The notes beneath the pieces are model-generated. The model searched no databases and was not told the DNA's origin. It saw only the letters and a program-made list of their open reading frames with translations. This document shows positions 19,348 through 30,081 of a stretch of 64,000 nucleotides of DNA, piece after piece. Source of the DNA: Candidatus Helarchaeota archaeon (GTDB taxonomy: Archaea > Asgardarchaeota > Lokiarchaeia > Helarchaeales > RDOG01). The position numbers and the translations under genes were made by a program. The first letter of the stretch is position 1. Every line of letters begins with the position of its first letter. Location of the stretch: assembly GCA_019058315.1 (NCBI GenBank), contig JAHPZH010000002.1:753625-817624 (forward strand), given 5' to 3'.

Positions 19348-19373
19348 TTATTTATTTTTTTGATGAATTTGGT

Positions 19374-20723
19374 TTGAAGAAATTTCTATTCGTACTTGGA
19401 AAAAATCAGATAGTATCTTTATGTGAGATTTCACATCTTCTACAATTTGAACCTTACAAAGGTAAAATTATTGATTATTCAAAACAAATTGGAATTATAG
19501 AATTTGAGGAAATAAAAAAAACGGAATCGCTTCGTGAATTACAATATAGGTTAGGTGGTATCCAAAAAATTTGTGAAATTATTGGAGATTATCCTAAGAA
19601 GATCTTTATTGAAGGATTTCCTATTCAAAAGCAGCCAAAAAAATTTAAGAGAGCCAGAACTTCCATAGAAAACGATTTAATCCCTAAAATATTACCCCAC
19701 ATTTTTCTCAATATACAAAATAAGAAAATAATGTTTGCAATAAGTGTTTATCCTTACCTTTTCTCAAAACCTGAAGTGAGTATTGGACATCTCATTCAAT
19801 TCTTAAATCAATTTATAAAAAATCATCTAAAAAAAGATTTAAATAACGTTAAATATTTCAAATATCCCGATAACCTTTTAAAATCTAAAAATTTGAACCC
19901 TATTTGGCCTCATCATGTTTTGGTTTACTCATTGTTAGAATTTCCAAATGCTGAAATAATTTTAGGGTTTACTAAAAGCAAGTGCTATATAGCAAAAACA
20001 ATTGCTGTTGATAACCCTAATTTGAGGAAAGCAATCGATGAACACCGTCCCAAGACTCGGTTCGAAATCTCTATTCCCCCAAAACTCGCCAAAGTTCTTA
20101 TTAATCTTTTATATTTACCTAAAAATGGTCTTTTGTTAGATCCTTTTTGTGGAACTGGGACGATTTTAATGATGGCTGCATTACAGGGGATTAATTTTTA
20201 TGGAACTGATATAAACAAAGACCGAATAGAAGCTTCTATAAATAATCTCAATTGGCTAAAGAGAGAATTTAATTTAAATTTTCAATTAGATGCGAAAAAT
20301 GTTTTTAATCTAGATTCTACAAAATTAGATTCGCATTTTAAAGAAAATTCAGTAGATGGAATAGCAACTGAGCCATTTTTAGGCCCACCATTAAAATCTC
20401 CTCTTTTAAAAACTGAATATCAAAAAATAATCGATGAAGAAATTAAACCACTTTATGAAAAATCTTTGCTTAGCATGAAAAGAATCCTAAAGAATAATGG
20501 TAATATAGCAATAATTTCTCCTGTATATAGAGAAATTGATAATAAATTAGTGGATTTCAATCTCTCAAAAATTGCTAAAAATATGGGTTTAAAAATAATA
20601 AAACTCTTACCACTTTCAAGGTTTGGTATTCAAAAAGAAATTAAATATAATAAGAATGCAGTTTTAATAAGAAAAGATCAATATGTAATGCGAAAAATAA
20701 ATTTATTCAAAAAAATTGAATAA
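19374..20723 (+). CDS. RNA (tRNA guanine-N2) methyltransferase, Trm11 / TrmG10-like
   Basis: It has SAM motif I LLDPFCGTGTIL and motif IV GIATEPFLGPP (a DPPY-type variant). The N-terminal ~230 aa are a substrate-binding region. Confidence 0.55.
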   Translation: MKKFLFVLGKNQIVSLCEISHLLQFEPYKGKIIDYSKQIGIIEFEEIKKTESLRELQYRLGGIQKICEIIGDYPKKIFIEGFPIQKQPKKFKRARTSIENDLIPKILPHIFLNIQNKKIMFAISVYPYLFSKPEVSIGHLIQFLNQFIKNHLKKDLNNVKYFKYPDNLLKSKNLNPIWPHHVLVYSLLEFPNAEIILGFTKSKCYIAKTIAVDNPNLRKAIDEHRPKTRFEISIPPKLAKVLINLLYLPKNGLLLDPFCGTGTILMMAALQGINFYGTDINKDRIEASINNLNWLKREFNLNFQLDAKNVFNLDSTKLDSHFKENSVDGIATEPFLGPPLKSPLLKTEYQKIIDEEIKPLYEKSLLSMKRILKNNGNIAIISPVYREIDNKLVDFNLSKIAKNMGLKIIKLLPLSRFGIQKEIKYNKNAVLIRKDQYVMRKINLFKKIE

Positions 20724-20753
20724 GATTTAATTCAAAATTTATGTGAGAAAAAA

Positions 20754-21044
20754 ATGACAACTGTTAAAGAAGAAAAAAAACTAAATAAACTATCTATTGA
20801 TATTTTTGTCCCTTTAGATACATGTTCATGCGTTTATGAAAGTTTTATTCAACGAGTTTTTACAATTTTGTTGGATTATATGGATAAAATAACATTTCAA
20901 ACTAAATCGTTACATTCTGAAGAGGCCCGTAAACTTGGATTATTAGAAAATTGTGTTGTATTAGATGGAAAAAAAATCATTACTAATTCCTTTTTTCTTA
21001 AAAAGGAAATACCAAAATTATTGAAAGAAAAAAATTTGATATAA
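20754..21044 (+). CDS. Small hypothetical protein, possibly an ArsD/thioredoxin-like fold
   Basis: IDIFVPLDTCSC and VVLDGKKI loosely match the ArsD pattern. Confidence 0.3.
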   Translation: MTTVKEEKKLNKLSIDIFVPLDTCSCVYESFIQRVFTILLDYMDKITFQTKSLHSEEARKLGLLENCVVLDGKKIITNSFFLKKEIPKLLKEKNLI

Positions 21045-21217
21045 TTTAAAATAAAGTTGATATATTGATTGATTTTTATATCCCTAAAACTTATTTTAAT
21101 GGACAAATGGTCAGAAAAAAAATAAATATTAAATCGAAATCTCTCAAAATCTATTTTTAACCAGATAATTTCTATTCTATGTATTTTATGTTTGTTTAGC
21201 AAAAAATTAAGTAAAAT

Positions 21218-22300
21218 TTATTCAGATAGAAGTATTATTCTTTCTAATAATATTTCCTTGGATAAATTATAATCAACAGCGGTACTTATTTGAATTAAAT
21301 CTCTAAGTTGAAATTTTTTTAAGAGAATGAAGGTTAGAGGAGCACTTATACTAAAAGTTGATTCAATTTTTAATTTTTCAACTAATTGGAAAGACTTTTG
21401 ATAAAAATTTCTTTCTAAATAATTTAAAATATCAAAATATGAGTTAGTTGAATCTGGAAAAGATAAGAACAAATTCGTTTCTCTGAAATTACTAGTCCTA
21501 ATTAAATCCAAGAGACTTGATACAGTATCAACAGTAAGAAGTGTATTAAGAATCTTTAACATTTTAGAAGAAGTAGTGGGAATAAAAAATTCAGAAATTT
21601 CATCATTTGTTAAATTAAAGGATTTTCCTCTGAATAAAATCATATAATTAAAGTATTCTATCAAAATATTCAAGTATTGTGAGGCAATTAGCTTATCAGA
21701 TCTTGATAATTGACCTAAACCACGTTCCATTTTAACAATTTGTCCATAATCTAAAAATGTATTAATATATAAAAGGGAATTAGTTTCTCGATATTTTTTT
21801 TCTGCTTTTTTAATGAATTCTCCATATTCTGTCTTTTTTAATAAATTAAATATAATTTTGAAATCGTTTTCCTTTATTATTCTATTAAAAATTTCTTTAT
21901 TACCAGTATAATCTTCTATTTGCCAGTGAATTTTATCAGAAATTTCTGAAATACTTTTGTTTATCAGTTTTGATCTTAACACAGTTTTTAAATTTTCAAT
22001 TTCAAACTCGATTAAAAAATTCATTAAAAAAGATCTGGCACTATAAGGTGAATTTTGAATTATTTTATTCACTTTTGCAATGAAATCTTCATGGAATATA
22101 AAATGCATTCTCTCGAGATCAATGGATGGGGCTATTTTTGACAATTTTGGGTAATAACTTACCAAATTTTTTCTCAATTCAATTAGATTTCTTGAATTAG
22201 TTAGCTCGAGTAACTGTTCTTTTGATATTAAAAATTTATTTTCAATTGCTATGAGGGGTAGAACATAATCATAAAGAGTAATGATTTTTTCATTTATCAT
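21218..22300 (-). CDS. atpC: A1AO ATP synthase subunit C (the V-type d subunit)
   Basis: An all-helical 360-aa protein carrying the EIENLKTVLRSK motif, located at the end of the ATPase cluster. Confidence 0.7.
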   Translation of the reverse strand: MINEKIITLYDYVLPLIAIENKFLISKEQLLELTNSRNLIELRKNLVSYYPKLSKIAPSIDLERMHFIFHEDFIAKVNKIIQNSPYSARSFLMNFLIEFEIENLKTVLRSKLINKSISEISDKIHWQIEDYTGNKEIFNRIIKENDFKIIFNLLKKTEYGEFIKKAEKKYRETNSLLYINTFLDYGQIVKMERGLGQLSRSDKLIASQYLNILIEYFNYMILFRGKSFNLTNDEISEFFIPTTSSKMLKILNTLLTVDTVSSLLDLIRTSNFRETNLFLSFPDSTNSYFDILNYLERNFYQKSFQLVEKLKIESTFSISAPLTFILLKKFQLRDLIQISTAVDYNLSKEILLERIILLSE

Positions 22301-22604
22301 TAATAACCTCTCTAAAACCTGATTCTACTGCGGTATTGATATTTTTTTTAGCATCTTCAATCTCTGATTTAATATTTTTCATATTTTGCTCCAATTTATT
22401 GTTTTTATAATCTTCTAATTCTTTAAATGTTTTTTTAATTAAGTCATTTGCTTGTTTTTTAGCTTGACTTATTCTATTGTTATATTGTATTAAAGAATCT
22501 TCTTTTGCTTTTTTGATTATTTCTTGTTTTTTATCTAATGTTTTCTGAATTTCTTGTTCATATTTATTATCACTTTCTTTGATAAATTTCCATATATCTT
22601 GCAT
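22290..22604 (-). CDS. atpH: A1AO ATP synthase subunit H (peripheral stalk, coiled coil)
   Basis: A 104-aa Lys/Glu-rich helical protein between subunits I and C. Confidence 0.5.
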   Translation of the reverse strand: MQDIWKFIKESDNKYEQEIQKTLDKKQEIIKKAKEDSLIQYNNRISQAKKQANDLIKKTFKELEDYKNNKLEQNMKNIKSEIEDAKKNINTAVESGFREVINDK

Positions 22605-22613
22605 TATATCACC

Positions 22614-24362
22614 TTATTTTTTTATCATTTTCATATTTATATGAGAAATTTCCGGTAATTTAAACGGTCTAAATTCAATTCCATTTCCTTCATAAAATTT
22701 ACTAAACCATTCATAAAAGTGAAGACGAAGAGCATGAGCTGCTACTATTACAACTTCCAATAATACTGTAAATGCAGTACCAATTCCAAGAATTATTCCA
22801 TAAATTAAGATATTATCGAAAGTGGAACCAATTGCTTGAAATGCCTCATTAAGACCATAATGTATCATTATCAAAGCAAAAATTCGTGCATATGAAGGAA
22901 GATTAGTTAAAATACTTAAACCAACTTCCCATGTACGTAATGCAGATTCTCCAATTAATGTCGTTGTCTTTTTCTTTTTTCTTAAAATTGAATTTAATGG
23001 GGTCCCGATAAAAAGAAAAATTAAGGGGATTAAAATTAATAAGATGGGGGGTAAATTTAATAAATACCGGGATGGAGCGAAATAATTGCCAATATTAAAT
23101 CCAAAAAAGAATAAACTAATAACAACACCAGTTAATATAAGAAATGAAGGGAATGAAATTAACCATGCTGCATATTTTTCTTCTCTATTATAATAATTTG
23201 CAAATTGAATAATAAAGCCTGAACTAATTTGAATATAACCAATTAAAATAGCTATTTTAAGCATAAAAGTAATATTATCTATTACTCCTTCATAATGCCC
23301 AAGTCCTTCGGAAAAAATATCAATATAAAACCCCTGATGGGGAAATGGTAACAAAGGTTGAAAACCTGGCCATATATCTGAAATATAAAAGCCAAAAAAT
23401 TCACCATAAATAAACCCTGCTAAAATTGAACCTATTCCACAATAAAATAAAATTTTTGGAATAGTTCGTTTAGTTTTTAAAGCAATTATAGCACTTCCTA
23501 TCATTAAGATAAATCCTTGACCAATATCTCCAAACATTAGGCCAAAAATTAGAGGAAATGTAATTGCAATTAGTTTTGTTGGATCAAATTCATAATAATT
23601 AGGAACTCCATAAAGCTTAACGAGCCGAACAAAAGGCTCTAAAACTCTGGAGTGCTTAAAAACTGTCGGAGGAAATTCTCTTGTTTCAATTTTTTTTTTT
23701 CTTGTTGGTTTTTCTCTTAAAATGATACACTTTTTTGAAGTTATTTCTTGAATTCTACTTTCTAATTCGGAGACATTTTTTGAGATGACCCAACAACTTA
23801 TTATGGAAAATAATGTTGTATGCGTTATATTTTGGGTTGCATCCAAATAAGGAACCAAAAATGATAAATTTCTTTTATATGTTAGAATCTCATTATGATA
23901 TTTTTTAGCTAAGTCTTTTAAATCTAGTTCAAATTCAGTTTTTTCTTTCAATAATAATGAAATCTTTTTATTATCGTTATGATTCCTTGTTAATTTTTCA
24001 TATTCTTTTTCTTTTTCAATAATTTCTGATAAATCACGTTCAATGGTCATTTCAATTTCTTCGATATCATAAATTTCTTTTTCTATAATATCAATCCGTG
24101 TTTTATATTCTTCTAGAATTATATCAAGATTTTTTAGATCAATATCTGTAATTTCAATTTTTGATGAGGTATTATTTTCTATCTTTAATTTTTTAATTAT
24201 TTTAGATACACGTTCATTAAGAGATTTAAATTCAGAAAAATAATCTTTGACTTTTTCTTTATTAGACTGTTTTTCTTTACTATCAATTATTTGACAATAA
24301 CCTAATTGTCCAATTTTCACTAAAACTTCTTTAAAATATTGTTTAGGAAATACCAATACCAC
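22614..24362 (-). CDS. atpI: A1AO ATP synthase subunit I (the a-subunit)
   Basis: The N-terminal coiled-coil cytoplasmic domain is followed by about 7 TM helices with a conserved Arg-containing C-terminal region. It sits in the ATPase cluster. Confidence 0.7.
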   Translation of the reverse strand: MVLVFPKQYFKEVLVKIGQLGYCQIIDSKEKQSNKEKVKDYFSEFKSLNERVSKIIKKLKIENNTSSKIEITDIDLKNLDIILEEYKTRIDIIEKEIYDIEEIEMTIERDLSEIIEKEKEYEKLTRNHNDNKKISLLLKEKTEFELDLKDLAKKYHNEILTYKRNLSFLVPYLDATQNITHTTLFSIISCWVISKNVSELESRIQEITSKKCIILREKPTRKKKIETREFPPTVFKHSRVLEPFVRLVKLYGVPNYYEFDPTKLIAITFPLIFGLMFGDIGQGFILMIGSAIIALKTKRTIPKILFYCGIGSILAGFIYGEFFGFYISDIWPGFQPLLPFPHQGFYIDIFSEGLGHYEGVIDNITFMLKIAILIGYIQISSGFIIQFANYYNREEKYAAWLISFPSFLILTGVVISLFFFGFNIGNYFAPSRYLLNLPPILLILIPLIFLFIGTPLNSILRKKKKTTTLIGESALRTWEVGLSILTNLPSYARIFALIMIHYGLNEAFQAIGSTFDNILIYGIILGIGTAFTVLLEVVIVAAHALRLHFYEWFSKFYEGNGIEFRPFKLPEISHINMKMIKK

Positions 24363-24428
24363 TTTTTCTAATTTTTGCGTTATTTTAAACCTCCAAAAAA
24401 AAGGAAATTTATAATTGATTTTATCTTT

Positions 24429-24839
24429 CTATATTTTCGTCCATAGTAGAATACCCATTATAAGCCCATAAATTGCCAAAGCTTCTGCTAAAGAGACAAT
24501 TAAAAAAGCTTTTCCAAAGTTCTCTTCTTTTTCAGTAATGGCACTTATTGCTGAGGTTCCAACATGAGCTATAGCATATCCTGCTCCAATAGTGCTACCT
24601 GCAACTGCAATGGCTGCAGACAAAGCATAATTACCCTTATTCGCTTCTCCAACTATAGGTATTAGAAAAGGAATATAGTCGGTTGGTGCTTGCATCGTCG
24701 AGACTCCAGATGAACTAGAGTCAAAAACTGGAACTAGAACAAAGAGACTTACTGATACAGCATTTATTATCAATATTGCAAATAATAGAACACAATATAA
24801 TACAAATACACTAGCTATTTTTTTCATGATATTCACCAT
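24429..24839 (-). CDS. atpK: A1AO ATP synthase proteolipid subunit K (c-subunit) with an N-terminal hydrophobic extension
   Basis: A GAGYAIAHVG...SLAEALAIYGLIMGILL hairpin with a conserved Glu, preceded by a ~45-aa hydrophobic extension. Confidence 0.75.
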   Translation of the reverse strand: MVNIMKKIASVFVLYCVLLFAILIINAVSVSLFVLVPVFDSSSSGVSTMQAPTDYIPFLIPIVGEANKGNYALSAAIAVAGSTIGAGYAIAHVGTSAISAITEKEENFGKAFLIVSLAEALAIYGLIMGILLWTKI

Positions 24840-24848
24840 CCTTTATTC

Positions 24849-25295
24849 TTACTTCACAATTAATATTGGACAATCTGTTAATTCAATCATTCTGACAGTT
24901 CTTCCACCTATTGCAACGAACCTTGATTTTTTCTTAATTTGATGTCCAATAACTAACAAATCTGCATTTACTTTTTTTACATAATTAGTTATTTTTTCAC
25001 TTGGGTAACCCTCATCCAATTGAACTTCTGCTTCTATTCCTGATTTTTTAGCTAAATTTTTAATGAATTGTAAAATACTATTCCCCGTGTGAGAGTATTC
25101 TTCCCTAACTTCTTCTGCTGTTTTCTTTGACATACTTAAAATTTTTTCAACAACTTTATCGTCAATAACATAGATGATATATAATTCTGAAAGATACTTT
25201 TGTGCGATGTTTATTGCTATATTCGCAGCTTTAATAGATTCTTTGCTCCCATCAGTTGCGATACAAATTTTGGGAAAAATCTGGTTTTCTGACAT
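24849..25295 (-). CDS. Universal stress protein (UspA family) embedded in the ATPase operon
   Basis: ICIATDGSKES...LLVIGHQ...GRTVRMI...CPILIVK matches the USP ATP-binding fold. Confidence 0.7.
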   Translation of the reverse strand: MSENQIFPKICIATDGSKESIKAANIAINIAQKYLSELYIIYVIDDKVVEKILSMSKKTAEEVREEYSHTGNSILQFIKNLAKKSGIEAEVQLDEGYPSEKITNYVKKVNADLLVIGHQIKKKSRFVAIGGRTVRMIELTDCPILIVK

Positions 25296-25301
25296 TTATT
25301 A

Positions 25302-25940
25302 TCACCTATTATTTTCTTCTAAATATTCTTTAACAATTTTTATTGTAATAATTTCATCCCTTTCAAGCTCTTCCAATTGTTCCTCTAAAAAATTGATAGT
25401 TTCTTTATGATCAGGGATCAAAACATTCTCTAACGCATTAATTCGCCTTTGTGTCTTTTTAATTTCATTTGCGATTCTATATATTGCACTTTCAATACTT
25501 GCTAAATCAACAATATCTTTAAAAATTTTTGAAAATTCTCTTATTACTTCATCAATATAATGACTGACTAAAAATAATCCATAATCTGGAAAGAAATCTT
25601 TTTCTTCTATAATAGAAATTATAGGGATAATTACATTCATAATAGTCTGTTCTTTTAATTCAAATTTTATCAATTCTTCAGAAGTTAAAGCAATTTCTTC
25701 CATATCATCAATTCCCATATCCATATTTGCTTGAGCTAATAGTCTAAAAGCTCTTTCGAGATTTTTATTAATATTTTTTCTTATTTTCTCAGCATCAAAA
25801 ATTTCTTCCCTTAATCTTATCATGAGATAATCTCTTTTTTCATTCATGAGCTCATAGGCTTGTTTTAAGAACCCAATATTTTTTTTAAGCTCTAATAATT
25901 CACGTTCATTAATTGGAACTTTCATTCTCATAATTATCAT
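25302..25940 (-). CDS. atpD: A1AO ATP synthase subunit D
   Basis: The N-terminus VPINERELLELKKNIGFLKQAYELMNEKRDYL is the subunit D signature. Confidence 0.75.
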   Translation of the reverse strand: MIIMRMKVPINERELLELKKNIGFLKQAYELMNEKRDYLMIRLREEIFDAEKIRKNINKNLERAFRLLAQANMDMGIDDMEEIALTSEELIKFELKEQTIMNVIIPIISIIEEKDFFPDYGLFLVSHYIDEVIREFSKIFKDIVDLASIESAIYRIANEIKKTQRRINALENVLIPDHKETINFLEEQLEELERDEIITIKIVKEYLEENNR

Positions 25941-25941
25941 T

Positions 25942-27312
25942 TCATTTATTATTCAGATATTTTTGAATAAATTTCTCTTTTATTCTAGTTAATTCTAGTT
26001 CCGGAAGAATTTTCAGAGTTTGCCAAGCTAAATTTAAAGTCTCTTCAAAAGTTCTATTTTCTTTAAAATCTTGATTAATAAATTTCGTTTCAAAAGATCT
26101 TTTAAATTGTAAATATTGCCTATCGATATTTGTAAGTCCATCTTCACCCACTATTTTTGATAGTGATTCGACTTCAAGAGCTTTGGTATAAGATGTGTAT
26201 AATTGATTTGCGACATCTGCATGATCTTCTCTTGTTAATCCTTCGCCAACTCCGGACTTCATTAAGCGTGATAATGATGGTAATATGTTTATTGGAGGAT
26301 ATATGTTACTCTGAAATAATGATCTATCTAATATAATTTGGCCTTCAGTAATATATCCTGTTAGATCTGGGACCGGGTGACTTAAATCATCATTTGGCAT
26401 TGTTAAAATCGGTATTTGCGTAATTGATCCCTTTTTATTTTTAATCCTTCCCGCTCTTTCATAAATAGTGGCCAAATCTGTATAAAGATATCCTGGATAT
26501 CCTTTTCTGCTAGGGATTTCTCCTTTTGAAGAAGAAATTTCACGTAATGCCTCAGCATAGGCAGTCATATCTGTTAGAATGACTAATACATGCATATCTA
26601 AATCAAAGGCGAGATATTCAGCAATGGTTAATGAAATTCTAGGAACAATTAATCTTTCAGTTGGAGGATCCTCAGCTAAATTTAATACCATTACAACATT
26701 ATCAAAAGCTCCTAATGTTTCGAAACTTTTCGTATAAAAATCAGAAGTGCTATGTTTCAGTCCCATTGCTCCAAAAACAATGGCAAAGTCTTCCTTAGTT
26801 TTAATACTTGCTTGATTTGCAATTTGGATTGCTAATTTTGAGTGTGGTAAACCAGATCCAGAAAAAATTGGTAATTTTTGACCACGAATTAAAGTATTTA
26901 AACCATCAATTGCAGATACACCTGTCTGAATTGATTCTCTTGGGAATTCTCTAACTGTAGGATTCATGGGTGCACTATTAATGTCTCTCAAAACACCAGA
27001 AAATAACTCTGGTCCTCCGTCAATTGGTTCGCATGTACCGTTAAATACTCTGCCAAGCATATCTTTTGAAACATAGATTTCAAAAGGTTTTCCTTTAAAC
27101 CGAATCTTTGTATCTATTAGAGATACTCCATGTGTTCCCCGAAATACTTCTATAACAGTAAAATCCCTAGCAATTTCGAGAACTTTGCCCTTTTGAACCT
27201 TTCCATTGCTTTCGATCTCAACAACTTCGTCAAATCCAACACCTGGGATTGACTTTATAAAGATTAAAGATCCAACTATCCTTATTGACTGCTTGAATGT
27301 CATTGCTTCCAT
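25942..27312 (-). CDS. atpB: A1AO ATP synthase subunit B
   Basis: A 456-aa protein with an alpha/beta ATPase-family core ([16 protein letters not shown]...); it is the non-catalytic B subunit. Confidence 0.9.
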   Translation of the reverse strand: MEAMTFKQSIRIVGSLIFIKSIPGVGFDEVVEIESNGKVQKGKVLEIARDFTVIEVFRGTHGVSLIDTKIRFKGKPFEIYVSKDMLGRVFNGTCEPIDGGPELFSGVLRDINSAPMNPTVREFPRESIQTGVSAIDGLNTLIRGQKLPIFSGSGLPHSKLAIQIANQASIKTKEDFAIVFGAMGLKHSTSDFYTKSFETLGAFDNVVMVLNLAEDPPTERLIVPRISLTIAEYLAFDLDMHVLVILTDMTAYAEALREISSSKGEIPSRKGYPGYLYTDLATIYERAGRIKNKKGSITQIPILTMPNDDLSHPVPDLTGYITEGQIILDRSLFQSNIYPPINILPSLSRLMKSGVGEGLTREDHADVANQLYTSYTKALEVESLSKIVGEDGLTNIDRQYLQFKRSFETKFINQDFKENRTFEETLNLAWQTLKILPELELTRIKEKFIQKYLNNK

Positions 27313-29100
27313 TTAAACCGCCCCCATTTCCTTTATTTCTTTTAAATCTCTAACCATTTCATTTTCTAATTTATCAAATTCGATTAATGCGTCATTAGGA
27401 ATCTTTGACTTCATTCTATTTAATTTAGGTATTAATGGAAGATTATCTAAAAGATAAATTGGAATTCTCTCTTGAATTATGTCTGAACTTAATTCAAAAA
27501 AATCTATAATTAATTTAAGCATTTTAAATTGCTTTTCAGGCGTGGTAAATGTATCGATTTTGTCAAATGCATTTTGATTCAAAAATCCTTCTTTAATTAA
27601 GTCTACAACTCGTAAAATTAATTTTTGATTATCTGATAGAGCATCAGTTCCGATTAATTTAACCATTCTTCGTAATTCATCATCCTTTTGGAGTAAATCC
27701 ATAGCTTTATTACGATATTGCTCCCATTTTATATCAACATTAGTTATCCACCAATTTTTTACAGCTTCCACATATTCAGAATAACTTTGCATCCAATTTA
27801 TTGCAGGAAAATGCCTCTGGAATGCAAGATCCTTGTCCAGAGCCCAAAAGACATCTACTATTCGTTTTGCGTTTTGGACAACCGGATCTGAAAAATCCGC
27901 AGCAGGAGGTGATACTGCTCCCATCACACTTACAGATCCTACGTTTGATTCTCCATCTTTCATTCTTAGAACCTTAACCCTTCCTGCCCGTTCGAAAAAT
28001 TCAGCAATTCTTGAAGGAAGATAAGAGGGATAACCTCTCTCAGCTGGTATCTCATTTAGCCTACCTGATATTTCTCTTAAAGCTTCCGCCCACCTGCTTA
28101 TTGAATCTGCCATAAGTGCTACATTATATCCCATATCTCTAATATATTCTGCTATTGTTAATCCTGTATAGATACTTGCTTCTCTTGCTGAAACTGTCAT
28201 ATTCGAAGTATTTACAATTAAAATTGTCCTTTGCATTAATGGTTTTTGAGAATAAGGATCTATTAAATTTGGAAAGTCTTTGAGGACTTCTGCCATCTCA
28301 TTACCACGTTCTCCACAACCAATATAAATAATAAGATCAACATATGACCATTTAGCAATTTGTTGCAAAGTAATTGTTTTACCCGTTCCAAAACCACCTG
28401 GTATTATAGCTGTTCCTCCTAATGTTAATGGAAAGAAAGTATCAATAATTCTCTGACCCGTAATAAAAAGCTCTTCTGAAAAGAGTCTTTTTAAATATGG
28501 ACGAGGACGTCTAACTGGCCAATATTGTACCATGGACAATTTAATCGAATTATTATTTGGTGATAAAAGAGTTGTTATCTCCTCATTTATTGTATAATTA
28601 CCTTCCGAATAAATTTCCTGAACTTTACCTTCGATATCAGGGGGAACAAGGATTTTATGTTTAAAAATTTCGGTTTCATCAACAGTCCCAATAATATCTC
28701 CCCCTTTTACATAATCTCCTATATTAACATTTGGATTGAAATGCCATTTTTTTTGACGATTTAATATATCTAAATGTGCTCCCTTACTAATGTATATACC
28801 ATAATTCTCAGCTATAAGTTCTAGAGGTCTTTGAACTCCATCAAAAATGTTTCCTATTAGACCTGGACCTAATTCAACTTGTAATGGACTTCCTGTTCCA
28901 ATTACTGGTTCTCCTATCTTCATCCCACTTGTATCTTCATAAACCTGAATGTGTTTTAATTCTTTCTCTAATTCTATAACTTCACCAATAAGCTTTTCAT
29001 TTCCGACTAGAACCATCTCATGCATTTGAACATTTTTTAAACCGTTGGCAAAAATTACAGGTCCATTTATTCTTGTAATTGCCCCTTGATTTTCGATCAT
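27313..29100 (-). CDS. atpA: A1AO ATP synthase catalytic subunit A (no intein)
   Basis: Walker A GGFGTGKT. The 595-aa length is standard, so no intein is inserted. Confidence 0.9.
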   Translation of the reverse strand: MIENQGAITRINGPVIFANGLKNVQMHEMVLVGNEKLIGEVIELEKELKHIQVYEDTSGMKIGEPVIGTGSPLQVELGPGLIGNIFDGVQRPLELIAENYGIYISKGAHLDILNRQKKWHFNPNVNIGDYVKGGDIIGTVDETEIFKHKILVPPDIEGKVQEIYSEGNYTINEEITTLLSPNNNSIKLSMVQYWPVRRPRPYLKRLFSEELFITGQRIIDTFFPLTLGGTAIIPGGFGTGKTITLQQIAKWSYVDLIIYIGCGERGNEMAEVLKDFPNLIDPYSQKPLMQRTILIVNTSNMTVSAREASIYTGLTIAEYIRDMGYNVALMADSISRWAEALREISGRLNEIPAERGYPSYLPSRIAEFFERAGRVKVLRMKDGESNVGSVSVMGAVSPPAADFSDPVVQNAKRIVDVFWALDKDLAFQRHFPAINWMQSYSEYVEAVKNWWITNVDIKWEQYRNKAMDLLQKDDELRRMVKLIGTDALSDNQKLILRVVDLIKEGFLNQNAFDKIDTFTTPEKQFKMLKLIIDFFELSSDIIQERIPIYLLDNLPLIPKLNRMKSKIPNDALIEFDKLENEMVRDLKEIKEMGAV

Positions 29101-29102
29101 AT

Positions 29103-29753
29103 TTAACCCTCCTCAGGAAAGAGTATTGAGGCTATCTTTATCCTAATTTTTTGTTTTCTTCGTGATAATCGTCCTTCAAATGTGTTATCATATGAAATAG
29201 AATAATCATCAGTACTAATTAAGACTCCACCAAGTGATTGAATTGGAGGAGATAATTTTAATTTTATTTTAAATTTATTTTCAAGGTTTTTTAACCAATT
29301 ATCAGATAATCTATCTTGATCCTCTTGATTAAGCCCAATTAATAGGGAGAATTCTCGATTATCTTCTTGCCTTTTGATCAAACTAAATATTTCTTCAATA
29401 GCTTTTATTATAAAATTATTTAATAAACTTAAATACTGTTCTGTTTTTACAAAGCTTTTTAATTTATCCTCAATTTTCTCAAAAACTTGATTTATTAATT
29501 TGTCTTTTAATACATATGTATTGCGTCGAGTTTCTAATCTAATTAATGAATTTATTCGATCTTCCTCTTGCGTAATTATTTTTTTAGTTTCTTTATTTAA
29601 TTTTTCTATTTCTAATTCTGCTTTTTTATTGGCTTCTTCTAGAATCTGTGCTTTTATAGTTTCAGCTTCTCTTAATATATTTTCCGTTTCGTTCTGAATC
29701 GTTTCTTCAATTTCTTCTGAAATAATAGATATACCCTTTTTTATATTAGACAT
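29103..29753 (-). CDS. atpE: A1AO ATP synthase subunit E
   Basis: A 216-aa protein with an N-terminal Glu/Lys coiled coil and a globular C-terminus, located between F and A. Confidence 0.65.
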   Translation of the reverse strand: MSNIKKGISIISEEIEETIQNETENILREAETIKAQILEEANKKAELEIEKLNKETKKIITQEEDRINSLIRLETRRNTYVLKDKLINQVFEKIEDKLKSFVKTEQYLSLLNNFIIKAIEEIFSLIKRQEDNREFSLLIGLNQEDQDRLSDNWLKNLENKFKIKLKLSPPIQSLGGVLISTDDYSISYDNTFEGRLSRRKQKIRIKIASILFPEEG

Positions 29754-29763
29754 TCTCAGCCCT

Positions 29764-30081
29764 TCAAATCTTCATTCCTATTACCTTTTTCATGATGTAA
29801 TCTAGGTTCAAAGGAGGTTTTATAGAACCAGTTCTATCAGGAATTTCAATAATGAGAACATTTTCATGATTTATTCTAATTTTTAAAATAAACTCTTCTA
29901 GCTGTTCTGCTATTTTTTCATTTATTATTATAATACCGTGATCTTGTTTTTTCTGAAATTCTCTAATTATGTCTTTAACCTGATTGATGGAATTTTCAGA
30001 AGTAATGTCTTCAATTATTGTTCCATTTATCCCTAGAAGCCTAAATCCAATTACGGTGTCTCGAAATCCTATGACATGAAT
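29764..30081 (-). CDS. atpF: A1AO ATP synthase subunit F, lacking a canonical in-frame start codon (absent from the ORF track)
   Basis: The minus-strand frame encodes IHVIGFRDTVIGFRLLGINGTIIEDITSENSINQVKDIIREFQKKQDHGIIIINEKIAEQLEEFILKIRINHENVLIIEIPDRTGSIKPPLNLDYIMKKVIGMKI*, a clear subunit-F fold. Between the upstream stop and the first conserved residues there is no ATG, GTG or TTG, only ATT or ATA. An ATG exists in the -1 frame (ATGGATTCATGTCATAGG). Confidence 0.6.
   Translation of the reverse strand: MHVIGFRDTVIGFRLLGINGTIIEDITSENSINQVKDIIREFQKKQDHGIIIINEKIAEQLEEFILKIRINHENVLIIEIPDRTGSIKPPLNLDYIMKKVIGMKI

Noticed and set aside
27313-29100. Possible intein in atpA
   Set aside because: A 595-aa length with contiguous Walker A to catalytic-core spacing is standard, so no insertion is present.
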